A DNA stretch of 64,000 nt from Candidatus Sulfomarinibacteraceae bacterium (GTDB lineage: Bacteria; Acidobacteriota; Thermoanaerobaculia; Thermoanaerobaculales; Sulfomarinibacteraceae): contig CAWGLE010000022.1 of NCBI GenBank assembly GCA_963823345.1, positions 227,656 through 291,655 on the forward strand. Direction: 5' to 3'. The translations under genes and the position numbers were made by a program. Below, piece after piece: positions 29,905-40,293 of the stretch. Each line of letters begins with the position of its first letter. Position 1 is the stretch's first letter. The notes under the pieces were generated by a model. The model did no database searches. It was not told where the DNA came from and was given only the letters and a program-made list of their open reading frames with translations.

Positions 29905-32900
29905 ATGAAGATCGTCGACCTCTCGATCCGTCGCCCCGTCACGGTCTTCATCTTCGCGGTTGCAGCGGTGATCTTCGGCGCTGTCGCTTTTTCGAACCTC
30001 GCGGTCAACCTGCTGCCCGACATCACCTATCCGTCCCTGACGATCAGCACCACGTACGAAGGGACGGCGCCGATCGAGATCGAGTCGCTGCTGACCAGGC
30101 CGATCGAGAACGCGGTCGGGGTGGTCAACAACGTGGTCCGCGTCACCTCGAGTTCGCGGGCGGACGTCTCCGAGGTCACCCTCGAGTTCGCCTGGGACAC
30201 CGACATGGACTTCGCCTCCCTCGACGTCCGCGACCGGCTCGACCGCGTTCGCCTCCCGCTCGACGCGGAGGCGCCGATCCTGCTCCGTTTCGACCCCTCG
30301 CTCGATCCCATCATGCGGGTCGGCGTCCACGGATCCGACGACCTCGCGCAGCTCCGGTTCATGGCCGAGGAAGACCTCAAGCGCGCGCTGGAGCGCATCG
30401 ACGGGGTCGCCGCCGCAGTGGTCTCGGGGGGGTTCGAGGAGGAGATCCAGGTCGAGCTCGACGAACGCAGGTTGGCGGCACTCGGTCTGTCGGCGGGCCA
30501 GGTGGCCAACCGGTTGGCGGCGGAAAACATCAACATCACCGGCGGTTCGTTGCGCGACGGCCGCACCGAATACCTGGTGCGGACCCTCAACGAGTTCGTG
30601 CGGCCTGAGGACATGCAGTCGATCGTGATCGCCCGCAACGGCGACGCCATTGTCCGCCTCTCCGACATCGCCCGGGTCTACACCGGCCACAAGGAACGCG
30701 AGATCATCACCCGCATCGACGGCGAAGAATCGGTGGAGCTGGCGGTCTACAAAGAGGGCGGCACCAACACCGTGACCGTGTCCGACGCTGTGACCGAGCG
30801 CCTGACCGAGCTGCGCGCCGAGATCGCCCGCGTCGACCCCGGGCTGCGGATCGACATCATCACCGACCAGGCGCGCTACATCCGGCAGGCGGTCCGCGAG
30901 GTTCTCCAGACCGCACTCTTCGGCGGGCTGTTGGCGGTTTTCGTGCTCTACCTCTTTCTGCGTTCGGTCAAGAACACGCTCATCATTTCAATTTCCATTC
31001 CGGTGTCGGTTGTCGCCACCTTCTTTCTCATGTACGTGGCCGGGATCTCGCTCAACATCATGTCGTTGGGCGGCCTCACCCTCGGCGTCGGGCTGCTGGT
31101 CGACAACGCCATCGTCGTCCTCGAGGCGGTGCAGCGCAAGCGCGACGACGGCCTCGATGCCGTCGACGCCGCGCGGGTCGGCACCTCGGAGGTCGGGCGG
31201 GCGATCACCGCTTCGACCCTGACGACAATCTGCGTCTTCGTGCCCATCGTCTTTGTCGAGGGGGTCGCCGCACAGCTCTTCCGCGACCAGGCGCTGACCG
31301 TCGCCTTTTCGTTGCTGGTGTCGTTGGTCGTCGCGCTGACGGTGATTCCGATGCTCGCCTCGCGCCGTTTCGATCCCTCCCAGACGGTGCCCGGACCCGG
31401 CGGAAACGAGCGCCAGCCGGCGCCACTGCGCTGGCTCGGCCGGATGGTCTTCACCGTCGTCACCCGGCTCCTCGGCGCCGCGCTGGCAGTGGTCAGAGCG
31501 GTCGGACGCATCGGGAGCGCCATCCTGAACCCGCTCCTCGACCTCTTCGACAACGCCCTCGCCGCGACCACAGCCGGCTATGCGCGGGCGATCTCCCGGG
31601 TGCTCGACCGCCCGGCGACCGTCGTCGGCGTGACCCTCGCGCTGTTCGTGGCCAGCCTCGCCCTGTACCGGACCCTCGGTTCCGAGCTCATCCCGGAGCT
31701 CGTTCAGGGCGAGTTCTACGCCGACCTCGAGCTGCCCCCGGGGACCCGGCTCGAGGTCACCGACCGTACGTTGCGCGAGCTCACTACGGCATCCGACACC
31801 ATCGGAGGGCTGACCGCCGTCTACACCATCGCCGGCACCTCCAACGAACAGGGCGGCACCACCGGAGACCTCCGCGAAAATCTCGGCCAGATCACGGTCA
31901 CTCTCGAATCTCCGGTCTCGAGGGAGGCTGAAGACGCGGCCATGACCCACTTGAGGAGGGCCGTCGATGCCGACAACCGGAAGTTGCAGGGCGGCGACGA
32001 GCCCGAAAGCGGCGGCCGGCCCGCCGTCGTGGCCCGCTTCGGCCGGCCCTCGTACTTCAGCTTCAAGACCGCCATCGAGGTCGAGGTCCGCGGCTTCAAC
32101 CTCGAGCTTTTGGAGCGGCTGGCGGCGGAGGTCGTCGCGAGGATGCGCGCGATCGACGGTCTCACCGATATCAGCTCCTCCACCGAGGGCGGTCACCCCG
32201 AGCTCCAGGTCATGCTCGACCGCGACCGCCTTGCAGCCTACGGGCTTGGGGATCGACGACGTGGCCGCGGTGCTGCGCGGCATGGTGCAGGGAAACGTGG
32301 CCACCGATATCACCCGCACCGACCGCACCATCGACATCCGGGTGCGCGCCGCCGAACGTTTTCGATCGTCCGCCGAGGCCCTCGCCAACCTGACGGTGAC
32401 CCACGTCGGCGGGACGGCGATCCCGTTGTCGGCGGTCGCCGAAGTGCTCGAACTCGAGGGACCGGCCGAGATCCGCCGCGCCGACGGCACCCGAGTCGCC
32501 AGCATTACGGCCAACCTGTCCGAGCGCGACCTCGGGTCGGTCACCGCGGACATCCGGAATGCGCTCGATGACATGAGCTGGCCGACGGGCTACGACTGGC
32601 GGCTCGGCGGCCAGGAGGAGGAGATGGCGACGTCGTTTGACTCCATGCGACTCGCCTTCGGCCTCGCCGTGTTCATGGTCTACCTGGTCATGGCCTCACA
32701 GTTCGAGAGCCTGCTCCATCCATTCGTCATCATGTTCTCGGTGCCGTTCGCGGTGATCGGCGTGCTGGTCACGATGTGGATCTTCGGCGTCACCGTCAGC
32801 GTCGTGTCGTTGATCGGCTTCATCCTGCTCGCCGGCATCGCGGTCAACGGCGCCATCGTCCTCGTCGACTATGCCAACCAGCTCCGCCGCGAGGGGATGG

Positions 32901-33127
32901 GCAAGAACGAGGCGCTGGCCCGGGCCGGCGGCGTGCGTCTGCGCCCCATCCTGATGACGAGCCTGACGACGATCTTCGGTCTCCTGCCGATGGCCCTCGG
33001 TCTCGGCGAGGGGGCCGAACTGAGGACGCCGATGGCCCTGACCGTCATCGGCGGCATGGCCACCTCCACCCTGCTCACGTTGCTGGTGGTGCCTGCGGTC
33101 TATGCCGTGTTCGATCGCAAGGCGTGA
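29905..33127 (+). pseudogene. second RND permease (MdtC-like paralog), frame broken at G-run 32248-32251
   Basis: MKIVDLSIRRPVTVFIF start (an alternative ATG at 29785 overlaps the MFP stop as ATGA). After LDRDRLAAYGLG the protein continues as IDDVAAVLRGMVQG... in the frame of ORF 31967..33127, through to the normal RND C-terminus. Confidence 0.85.
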
Positions 33128-33213
33128 AGTCAATCTGAGAGCGCGGATCAGAAAAATCAGAAAATATCGCGACCGTGTAAAACAATTCGAACCGCCCTGC
33201 CGTACTCATTGCG

Positions 33214-35481
33214 ATGGTGGATATCTCTCCGCGTTCCAGCCCGATCGGCCGCGCGTTGTTCCTCTTCGTCCTGGCACCCCTGGTTGTGGTGACAGGTACC
33301 GGCGCCTCCACGACCGGCGAACCGACAGCCGCCGACCGGGTGCCCAGTCCGATCCCCCGCGTGGATGTACGGATCGCTGTCGACGGCGTCCTCGACGAGG
33401 CCGCATGGCAGCACGCCTGGTCGACGACCCTCGACTTCGAGGTCCAACCCGGGGAAAACACGCCCGCGCCGATCCGCACCGAGGTCCTGGTGATGCATGA
33501 CGCCAACCGCCTCTACGTCGGCTTCCGCGCCTACGACCCCGACCCCGCTGCCATCCGTGCGCACTTGTCCGACCGCGACCAGGCGTGGACTGACGACTGG
33601 GTGGGCGTCGTCCTCGACACCTTCAACGACGAGCGCCGGGACTACCTCTTCGTCGTCAACCCGATGGGCGTCCAGATGGATCGAGATCGAGAACTGGCCC
33701 AACGGTAACACCCCCTGGGACGGCATCTGGAAGTCGGCGGCGACGTTGACCGAGTGGGGCTGGTCGGCGGAGATCGAGATCCCCTTCTCGACCCTGCGGT
33801 TTCAGCGCAGCGACAGCGCGCAGATCTGGGGCTTCGACGCCATCCGCGGTTACCCACGCAACGTGACCGCCCAGATGGGCGCCTTCCCCCGCGACCGCAG
33901 CAACAACTGTTACCTCTGCCAGGCCCTCAAGATCGAGGGCTTTGCCGGAGTGTCGCCGGGCCGCAACCTCGAGATCGTTCCCACCCTGACCGCGAGCGCG
34001 AACCGATCAACGGGACGACCTGCCCGACGGCCCGATGGTCAACGGCGACCCGGACGTCCAGTTCGGACTCACCGCGCGCTGGGGATTCACCCCCAACATG
34101 ACCAGTCAGCGCCACCCTCAACCCCGACTACTCGCAGGTGGAGGCCGACGCCCGAGAGCTCGCGGTCAACCGCCCGTTCGCCATCTTCTACCCCGAAAAA
34201 CGGCCGTTCTTCATGGAGGGCGCCGACTACTTCGACACCACCATGAACATCGTTTACACCCGGATGATGAGGGAGCCAGCCTGGGGGCTCAAGCTCACCG
34301 GCAAGGAGGGCCCTCACACCATCGGCGCCTACGTCGTCGACGACGACGTCACCAATCTCATCATCCCGGGCAGCGAGAGCTCGAGCGCGACGTCGCTCGA
34401 GGAGTCGACCACCGCCACCGTCCTCCGCTACAGGTACGACATCGGCAACCGGTTCACGGTCGGCGCACTGTTGACCAACCGGGAAGGTTCGGACTACCTC
34501 AACCGGGTTGCGGGCGTCGACGGCGACCTCCGCCTGTCGGCCAGAGACCGGGTCTTCGTCCAGATCCTGGGTTCGAGCACCCGTTATCCCGAAAAGATCG
34601 TCGAGGACTTCGACCAGCCCGGAGACACCTTTGACGATTGGGCCGCCGAGCTCTACTACAGCCATGAAACCCGCACCTGGATGTGGTGGGCGCAATTGCA
34701 GGACGTCGGACCTGATTTTCGTGCCGACCTCGGTTTCATGCCCCAGGTGGATTTCCAGCACTGGGAGGCCGGCCTCGGGTATCAGTGGAATCAGGTCGAT
34801 GGAAGCTGGTACACGCGGATGGACGTCAAGGCGAAGGTGGCCGATACGGTCGACCAGACCGGCTTCCTCCTTTTCCACGAGGACGTCGTTCAGTTCACCA
34901 TCGAGGGGCCACTCCAGTCCCACTCCGTCATCCGCCCGAGCCGGGTGCGTGAGGGTTACAACGGCCAGGAGTTCGAATTCAACCGCCTCAGGCTGCACTT
35001 CTGCGCCAAACCCAACGGCCACAGTCACGCCTGGCTCAACCTCGAGGGCGGCGGCCAGGTCGACTACGTCAACACACGACCCGGAGACGTCATCAACATC
35101 GATGCCGGCTTCTGGTACCGCGTCGGCCGCCACTTCTACGTCCAGCCGGCTTACACACGGGAGACGATGGACGTCGCCGAGGGGTGGCTCTATACATCGA
35201 CCATCGGACAGATGGAGGCCTCCTGGCAGTTCAACTCCCGTTGCTTCGTGCGCGCCATCCTGCAGCACGTCGAGGACCGGTTCAACCCCGATCTCTACAG
35301 CGACGGACGCGGCTCCGAGTACCAGAACCTGTTCGGCCAGTTCCTGTTCTCCTACAAGGTGAACCCGAGCACGGTGGTGTTTGTCGGCTACTCCGACAAC
35401 TCGCTGGCGGATCAGAACTTCGGATTGACACAGCTCAACCGGACGATTTTCGCCAAGATCGGCTACGCCTGGGTGTTGTGA
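33214..35481 (+). pseudogene. DUF5916/CBM9-like outer-membrane-associated protein, three frame breaks
   Basis: N-terminal signal and CBM9-like region (ORF 33214..33708). It continues in ORF 33497..34246, then 34035.., then 34138..35481 (LNPDYSQVEADARELAVNRPF...). Breaks lie near 33680-33685, 33993-34000 and 34101-34105. Confidence 0.6.
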
Positions 35482-35510
35482 CCCGAACCGGCGCCGCCTG
35501 TCGGGCTGGC

Positions 35511-35681
35511 CCGCATTATTCACGAGGATTCGTCGCGAGAGGCGCGAGGTGCAAGCGGGGTGGCGGTTTCGTTGTTGAGGGAGCGGAGGCGTACTTGCAG
35601 TACGTCGAGCGAGCGAATCGAGAAAGCGCCGCCACGCGCAGCGTATCGCGCCTCGCAGTAGAAGACTCGTGAATAATGAGG
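35511..35681. repeat. about 170-nt long imperfect palindromic element between convergent genes
   Basis: Terminal inverted repeats ccgcattattcacgag / ctcgtgaataatgagg. Inner arms pair (gcgag(a)ggcgcga, gtggcgg). Central hairpin cgtact-tgc-agtacg. Confidence 0.6.
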
Positions 35682-35682
35682 G

Positions 35683-36156
35683 CTAGTGCTCGAATCGCGT
35701 CCAGTCGAATTTCGGATCGTCCGCGAACCGCAGGCTGGTGCCGGGCGTAGCGAGCAGGATCTCCCGGTTGTGCTCCTTGCCCGCCAGGTCCCGGAAGAAG
35801 ATCTTGTAGCGCTCGATCTCGCCGACCTTCTCCATGTCGCCGCCCAGAATCCGGTACTTCATGGTGCCGGTGCCTCCGGTGCCGAAGACGACGAAGTCGC
35901 CCCGAAACTCGACCCAGAGATCGGATCTCTCCGGGTCGGTGCACGTCCACATGCCGACGAGACGGGAAGGTGCCTCCTGAAACTGAAACGGATCCTTCGA
36001 CAGCAGACCTCCGACAACGATCGCGGCAACCGCCACCACCGCGAGGCCCCACAGAATCCTCCGGGTGGTCAGGATGTCCGGGCGTGGGGGCTTCTTCTTG
36101 ACGACGACTTCGTCGTCCCAGTCGTCGTCCCAATCGTCTTTTCTCTGCATCCTCAT
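35683..36156 (-). CDS. hypothetical membrane-anchored protein (157 aa)
   Basis: Acidic N-terminus (DDWDDDWDDE), one TM helix (ILWGLAVVAVAAIVVGGLL), soluble C-terminal domain. Coding-like codon usage. Confidence 0.6.
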   Translation of the reverse strand: MRMQRKDDWDDDWDDEVVVKKKPPRPDILTTRRILWGLAVVAVAAIVVGGLLSKDPFQFQEAPSRLVGMWTCTDPERSDLWVEFRGDFVVFGTGGTGTMKYRILGGDMEKVGEIERYKIFFRDLAGKEHNREILLATPGTSLRFADDPKFDWTRFEH

Positions 36157-36194
36157 GTTTCGCCTCCGGACCGACGGCGGGCGGGTTCAGCTAC

Positions 36195-37118
36195 CTATTT
36201 GATGCGGTACCGTGCGACGTCGGGGTTGACTCCCTGCGCCTTGTAGGACTCCCAGACGTAGAAACCCGATCCGGTCTTCGCCCCGAGCTGTCCCGACTCC
36301 ACAAGGCGCTTGAGCAGCGGGCTCGGTTTGTAGAAGCTGCCGAACTCCTCCTCGAGGACCTTACAGATGAAGATCATCGTGTCGAGGCCGACGTAGTCGG
36401 CGGTCATCAGCGGGCCCATCTTGTGTCCGAGGCAGTAGGTGCACTTGTCGACGTCGTCAACCGCCGCGATCCCCTCCTCGACAACGCGGATCGCTTCGTT
36501 GACGAAGGGCACGAACATCCGGTTGATGGCGAATCCCGCCTTGTCCTCGGCCGGGATCTCGATCTTGTCGAGATCGTGGCACAGGGCGACCACCGTCTGA
36601 TAGGTCGCATCCGAGGTGGCGAGGCCCCGGATGATCTCCACCCCCTTCTGCATCGGCACCGGGTTCATGAAATGCATCCCCATGAACTTCTCCGGAGCGC
36701 CGAAGGCCGCGCCGAGCCGGGTGATGCTGATGCCCGAGGTGTTCGAGACCAGGATTTTGTCGTAGCCGAGCTCCGCCAGCTTGCGGTTGATCTTCTCCTT
36801 GAGCTCGGGTATTTCCGGCACCGCCTCGATGATCAGGTCGCAGTCGAGAAGGTCCTTCTCGCTGGTCGTGGTCGACAGCCGGCCCGCCGCTTCCGCTTTG
36901 GCTTCGGCCGTGATGCCCTTCTCGCCTCCCGATTTTTCGAAGGCCTTCACCAGTCGGTCGAGGCTGCGGGTGATGGCGTCGAGTCCACGCTCGAGCGCCC
37001 CCGCATCCACGTCCATGACCACCGTTTCGAAACCGCTCTGCGCCGCCACTTGTGCGATGCCGTTGCCCATCGTGCCGATCCCGATGACGCCGATCTTCTT
37101 GAGTCCGCTCGTGCTCAT
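36195..37118 (-). CDS. hbd: 3-hydroxybutyryl-CoA (3-hydroxyacyl-CoA) dehydrogenase
   Basis: Rossmann motif IGVIGIGTMGNGIAQ. HFMNPVP and C-terminal dimerisation domain. Confidence 0.9.
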   Translation of the reverse strand: MSTSGLKKIGVIGIGTMGNGIAQVAAQSGFETVVMDVDAGALERGLDAITRSLDRLVKAFEKSGGEKGITAEAKAEAAGRLSTTTSEKDLLDCDLIIEAVPEIPELKEKINRKLAELGYDKILVSNTSGISITRLGAAFGAPEKFMGMHFMNPVPMQKGVEIIRGLATSDATYQTVVALCHDLDKIEIPAEDKAGFAINRMFVPFVNEAIRVVEEGIAAVDDVDKCTYCLGHKMGPLMTADYVGLDTMIFICKVLEEEFGSFYKPSPLLKRLVESGQLGAKTGSGFYVWESYKAQGVNPDVARYRIK

Positions 37119-37210
37119 GCCGGTCCTCCTTCGATCATTGTCGGCATTCTACGCTTTCCAGAGCGCCCTTGCAGAGAGGGAGATGGGGTGGGATATCAGA
37201 CGTCGGAGGT

Positions 37211-37265
37211 TGGATGCAGGATGCATCTTGCATCCTGTGACCTGTGACCTTCATCCTGCATCCTG
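37211..37265. repeat. heptamer arrays (GGATGCA)2 followed by five TGNNNCC-type heptamers, partly inverted
   Basis: ggatgca ggatgca tct tgcatcc tgtgacc tgtgacc ttcatcc tgcatcc. The G-tract ggggtggg lies about 20 nt upstream. Confidence 0.85.
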
Positions 37266-37337
37266 TATTCGCGGCGGTGGTTGACTGCGCGCAGTGCCGA
37301 CTGTATACACGTTGAGCCTGAGGAGGCCGTCCAGGAC

Positions 37338-37955
37338 ATGATTCTCGACATCGACCCCGTTGAACCGCAGCCGTGGCTGCTGGCGCGCGCGGCACAGGTC
37401 CTGCGCGACGGGGGCATCGTCGTCATGCCCACCGACACGGTGTACGGCCTCACCTGCGGCATCACCCATCACGACGCGATCCAGCGGCTGTACAAGCTCA
37501 AGGACATGGACCCCAAAAAACCTCTGTCCATCCTGGTCGCCGACATGAACACGATCGGGCGGTATGCCAAGGGAGTGTCGACGCCGGCCTTCCGACTGCT
37601 GAAACGCGTTCTGCCGGGGCCCTACACCTTCATCTTCGAAGCGAGCTCCGAAGTCCCCAAGATCATGCTCCGTAAACGGAAAACGATCGGCATTCGAATG
37701 CCGGACAACCCGATCGCCCTCGCCCTGCTCGGCGAGCTCGGCGAGCCCCTTCTCAGCTCGTCGATCCGCGACCCCGAGCACGACTTCGTCAACGACCCGG
37801 ACGAGATCGATCGCTCGCTCGGCAATCGGGTCGAGATGGTGATCGACGGCGGCGTCCTGCTGCCGGTCCCCTCGACGGTCGTCGACATGTCGGGCGATGA
37901 ACCGGTGTTGATCCGCGAGGGCAAGGGCGACCTCGCCACCCTGGAGCTGTTCTAA
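37338..37955 (+). CDS. tsaC: L-threonylcarbamoyladenylate synthase (YrdC/TsaC type)
   Basis: RBS aggagg. MILDIDPVEPQP...VVMPTDTVYGL YrdC motif. About 205 aa. Confidence 0.85.
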   Translation: MILDIDPVEPQPWLLARAAQVLRDGGIVVMPTDTVYGLTCGITHHDAIQRLYKLKDMDPKKPLSILVADMNTIGRYAKGVSTPAFRLLKRVLPGPYTFIFEASSEVPKIMLRKRKTIGIRMPDNPIALALLGELGEPLLSSSIRDPEHDFVNDPDEIDRSLGNRVEMVIDGGVLLPVPSTVVDMSGDEPVLIREGKGDLATLELF

Positions 37956-38007
37956 CGCAAAAACGTTGAAAGGTTCAAACGTTTGAACGTTGAAACGTTC
38001 CAACGAC
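37952..38007. repeat. seven tandem octamers NNAACGTT-type
   Basis: ctaacgca aaaacgtt gaaaggtt caaacgtt tgaacgtt gaaacgtt ccaacgac. It overlaps the tsaC stop and the last 11 codons of the convergent GT4 gene. Confidence 0.9.
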
Positions 38008-39144
38008 ATCGCGGATCTGTCGGGCAACGACGTCGGGATGGTAGATACCGCGCCACGCGGCACGACCGCGTTCCCCGAGGTCCCGCGCCCCTGCGGCATC
38101 GCTGAGCAGCCGCGCCAACGCCTCTGCCCAGGCCTCGGCGCCATCGGCCACCACCACCGCCCCGGCGGCTTCTTCCGCGAGCCCGGCGGCGGCCCACGGG
38201 TGAACGACCGCCGGCACCCCGGCGGCCATCGCCTCGAGGACCTTCATCGGCACACCCGAACCGCCGCTCATGGGGGCCACCGCCACCCGTGCCGAGCTCA
38301 TGAAGGTCCCGAGGTCGGGCACATCGGCGTGAACCTCCACCCCACGCAGCCGGGACAGTCTCCGGACCGCCGCCGCAGGTCGCGCCCCCGCGAGAACCCA
38401 GCGCGCATCCGGCACTCCCGCAAGAACCCGGGGCCACACCTCGCGGGCGAACCAGGCCGCGCCGTGCACCGTCGGCCGGTAGCCGAGGTTTCCAGAGAGC
38501 AAGACGACCGGCTCTGATTGCGGACGCTCACGGTTCGCCGCCTCGCGACCCGCCACCGGAATGACCCGTCCCCTGCCGGGCGGGACGGACAGCTCGTCGA
38601 GGTCTCGCGCCGACACTGCGACGCTGAGCCCGGCCACCCCGGAAAGCCACCGCTCACGCCGCCGACAGCGCGCCCCTTCGTTTCGCAACAGCACGGCCGG
38701 CCATGCCGCCGCCGAGCAGGCGGCGCGGTCGAAGTGAAGCCCCATGGCGTCGATGGCGTCGAAGACGATCGGCACATCCGGGGCGACCGCCCGGACCGCT
38801 TCCGCCGCCCACGCACAGCGCACCATCTGGATCACGACGACATCCGGCGGCCAACTCAACACCGCCCCGGCCACCGTGCGTCGGGCGGCGGCGCTGTCGT
38901 ACAGCCCCTCCTGCAACGGGCGGCCGGAGACGGCAGCCCGCAGCAACCCGATCGCCCGTCCCACCGGCGTTAACCGATAGTTCGTGACACCTGCCGGCGG
39001 CGTCTCGGCGATCCCGCCGCCCGCCGACGGACATACGAGGTGAAGATCATGATCGGACAGGGCCGACAGCCACTCCATCGTCCGCACCTGGTTGCCGCGC
39101 CACGGCGGCACGGGGTGACGGCTGGTGACCAGCAGGACCCGCAT
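37975..39144 (-). CDS. glycosyltransferase, GT4 (GT-B, group 1) family
   Basis: MRVLLVTSRHPVPPWRGNQVR N-terminus. C-terminal SGGSGVPMKVLEAMAAGVPAVV nucleotide-sugar binding region. Confidence 0.8.
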   Translation of the reverse strand: MRVLLVTSRHPVPPWRGNQVRTMEWLSALSDHDLHLVCPSAGGGIAETPPAGVTNYRLTPVGRAIGLLRAAVSGRPLQEGLYDSAAARRTVAGAVLSWPPDVVVIQMVRCAWAAEAVRAVAPDVPIVFDAIDAMGLHFDRAACSAAAWPAVLLRNEGARCRRRERWLSGVAGLSVAVSARDLDELSVPPGRGRVIPVAGREAANRERPQSEPVVLLSGNLGYRPTVHGAAWFAREVWPRVLAGVPDARWVLAGARPAAAVRRLSRLRGVEVHADVPDLGTFMSSARVAVAPMSGGSGVPMKVLEAMAAGVPAVVHPWAAAGLAEEAAGAVVVADGAEAWAEALARLLSDAAGARDLGERGRAAWRGIYHPDVVARQIRDVVGTFQRSNV

Positions 39145-40253
39145 CAGACTCCGTAGAACTCCGCGATGGCGGCCACCACCTCACGCTGTTCGTTTTCCGT
39201 GAGCTCCGGAAACACCGGCAGCGCGAGGACCTCACGGCTCGCCTGCTCGGACACCGGGAAATCACCCGCCTGGTGACCGAGATACGAGAAACAGGGCTGC
39301 AGGTGCAGCGGCATCGGGTAGTAGACGGCGGCGCCGATGCCGCGCTCGGCGAGGAATGCGCGCAGTTCGTCCCTCCTGGCAGCCCGAACCACGTACTGGT
39401 TGAAGGTGTGGCCGCGTCCGGCCACGGCCTCCGGCAACACCAGAAACTCATCCAGACCGGCTTCAGCGAACAAGCTCCGGTAGCGGTCCGCGTTCGCCCG
39501 CCGGCCATTGATCCATCCCTTGACGTGCGGCAGCTTGACCCGCAGGACGGCGGCCTGCAGGGCATCGATCCGGAAATTGCCGCCGATCTCGGGGTGCAGG
39601 TAGGGGCCCGACTGGCCGTGCATCCGCAGCTCGCGCAGCGTGCGATCGAGTTCCGAGTCCCCGGTGGTGATCAACCCGCCGTCGCCGAAGCCACCGAGGT
39701 TTTTCGACGGAAAGAACGAAAACGCACCCATGACACCGATCGATCCCACCTGCCGACCCCCGCAGTCCGCCCCCCAGGCCTGGGCGCAGTCTTCGAGCAC
39801 CGGCACGCTGCCAGCGGCGTCCATCACGGCATCCATGTCCGCCGACTGGCCGAAGAGGTGCACCGGGATGACGGCTCGGGTCGCCGGACCGATTCGTGTG
39901 GCGAGCTGCCCCGGGTCGATGCAGAAGTCCACGGGGTCGATGTCCGCGAACACCGGCGTCGCTCCGAGGCGGGCGACCACCCCGGCCGTCGCGAAAAAGG
40001 TGAACGTCGGCATCACGACCTCGGCGCCGGGACCGATATCGAGCGCCATCAGCGCTTCGAGCAGCGCGTCGGTGCCCGAACTCACCCCCACTGCGTGCGC
40101 GACTTCGAGAACCTGGGCCGCTTCTTTTTCGAACGCATCGACTTCGGGGCCGAGAATGAACCTCTGGGAATCACACACCCGGTCGAGGGTCCGTCGAAAC
40201 TCCTCGCGGAGTGGTTCGTACTGGCGCGTCAGATCGAGCAACGGCACGGGCAT
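39144..40253 (-). CDS. DegT/DnrJ/EryC1/StrS-family PLP-dependent sugar aminotransferase
   Basis: Track ORF 39144..40487(-), start moved to Met79 (MPVPLLDLTRQYEPLREEF). FSFFPSKNLGGFGDGG contains the PLP lysine. Confidence 0.9.
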   Translation of the reverse strand: MPVPLLDLTRQYEPLREEFRRTLDRVCDSQRFILGPEVDAFEKEAAQVLEVAHAVGVSSGTDALLEALMALDIGPGAEVVMPTFTFFATAGVVARLGATPVFADIDPVDFCIDPGQLATRIGPATRAVIPVHLFGQSADMDAVMDAAGSVPVLEDCAQAWGADCGGRQVGSIGVMGAFSFFPSKNLGGFGDGGLITTGDSELDRTLRELRMHGQSGPYLHPEIGGNFRIDALQAAVLRVKLPHVKGWINGRRANADRYRSLFAEAGLDEFLVLPEAVAGRGHTFNQYVVRAARRDELRAFLAERGIGAAVYYPMPLHLQPCFSYLGHQAGDFPVSEQASREVLALPVFPELTENEQREVVAAIAEFYGV

Positions 40254-40293
40254 GGCGAAACCTCCGGCGGCAAAAGCCGGAGACAGGGTAGCT

